Shown here piece by piece: positions 63,823 to 64,000 of a stretch of 64,000 bases of DNA. The stretch lies in assembly GCF_036321535.1 (NCBI RefSeq), contig NC_087437.1, forward strand, positions 91,018,001 to 91,082,000, given 5' to 3'. The position numbers and the translations under genes are program-made. Numbering within the stretch: the first letter of the stretch is position 1; each line of letters starts with the position of its first letter. The notes below the pieces were generated by a model, which did not search any database, had not been told where the DNA came from, and saw nothing but the letters and a program-made list of their open reading frames with translations. This DNA is from Camelus dromedarius (taxonomy: Eukaryota).

Positions 63823-64000
63823 ACAGTCTCTGGTATTTTGCTGATTTCAGTCACATAAATATCTCAGCTTTTTGTGATTTTTCTAATTTGTTGATGTGAA
63901 GGTATAATTGTGACAGTATGAGGGAAGAGCATTTTTAACAGTTTACGTATGTATTTCTAACTCTTGAATATAATCTGTCCTCTTTAGTGCCATAAGTGTA

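Noticed and set aside
1..64000. ORFs of 60-136 aa in the supplied track as host genes
   Set aside because: Recognisable ones are ERV-L, L1 or transposase relics with stops and frameshifts. The rest are low-complexity or chance frames with no consistent splice structure or recognisable protein.

Overview
AT-rich, CpG-poor mammalian genomic DNA, very probably camelid (alpaca/llama/camel), judged from a tRNA-Ala-derived Vic-1-like SINE and camelid-type L1 3' ends. I found no protein-coding exon, functional RNA gene or CpG-island promoter. The ORFs in the track are either retroelement/transposon relics or chance frames. The window is intergenic or deep intronic and is mostly layered transposable elements. 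These include two decayed class III (ERV-L) proviruses, about 13 solo LTRs (ten between 34 and 51 kb), many L1 pieces (one internally deleted copy keeps both ends), L2, HAL1, MIR and DNA-transposon MITEs. Several stretches that look unique can be read, by collinear degenerate protein motifs, as very old fossils: three CR1/L3 LINEs, one probable RTE-clade LINE, a fragmented hAT-Charlie transposase gene and a hAT-Tip100 transposase relic. The most unusual local structures are an 82-bp templated insertion copied from a MIR 2.1 kb away into an ERV-L integrase, and a perfect 38-bp palindrome. I see no convincing new biological system. All repeat family names come from remembered consensus motifs, not a database search, and the boundaries of old elements are approximate.
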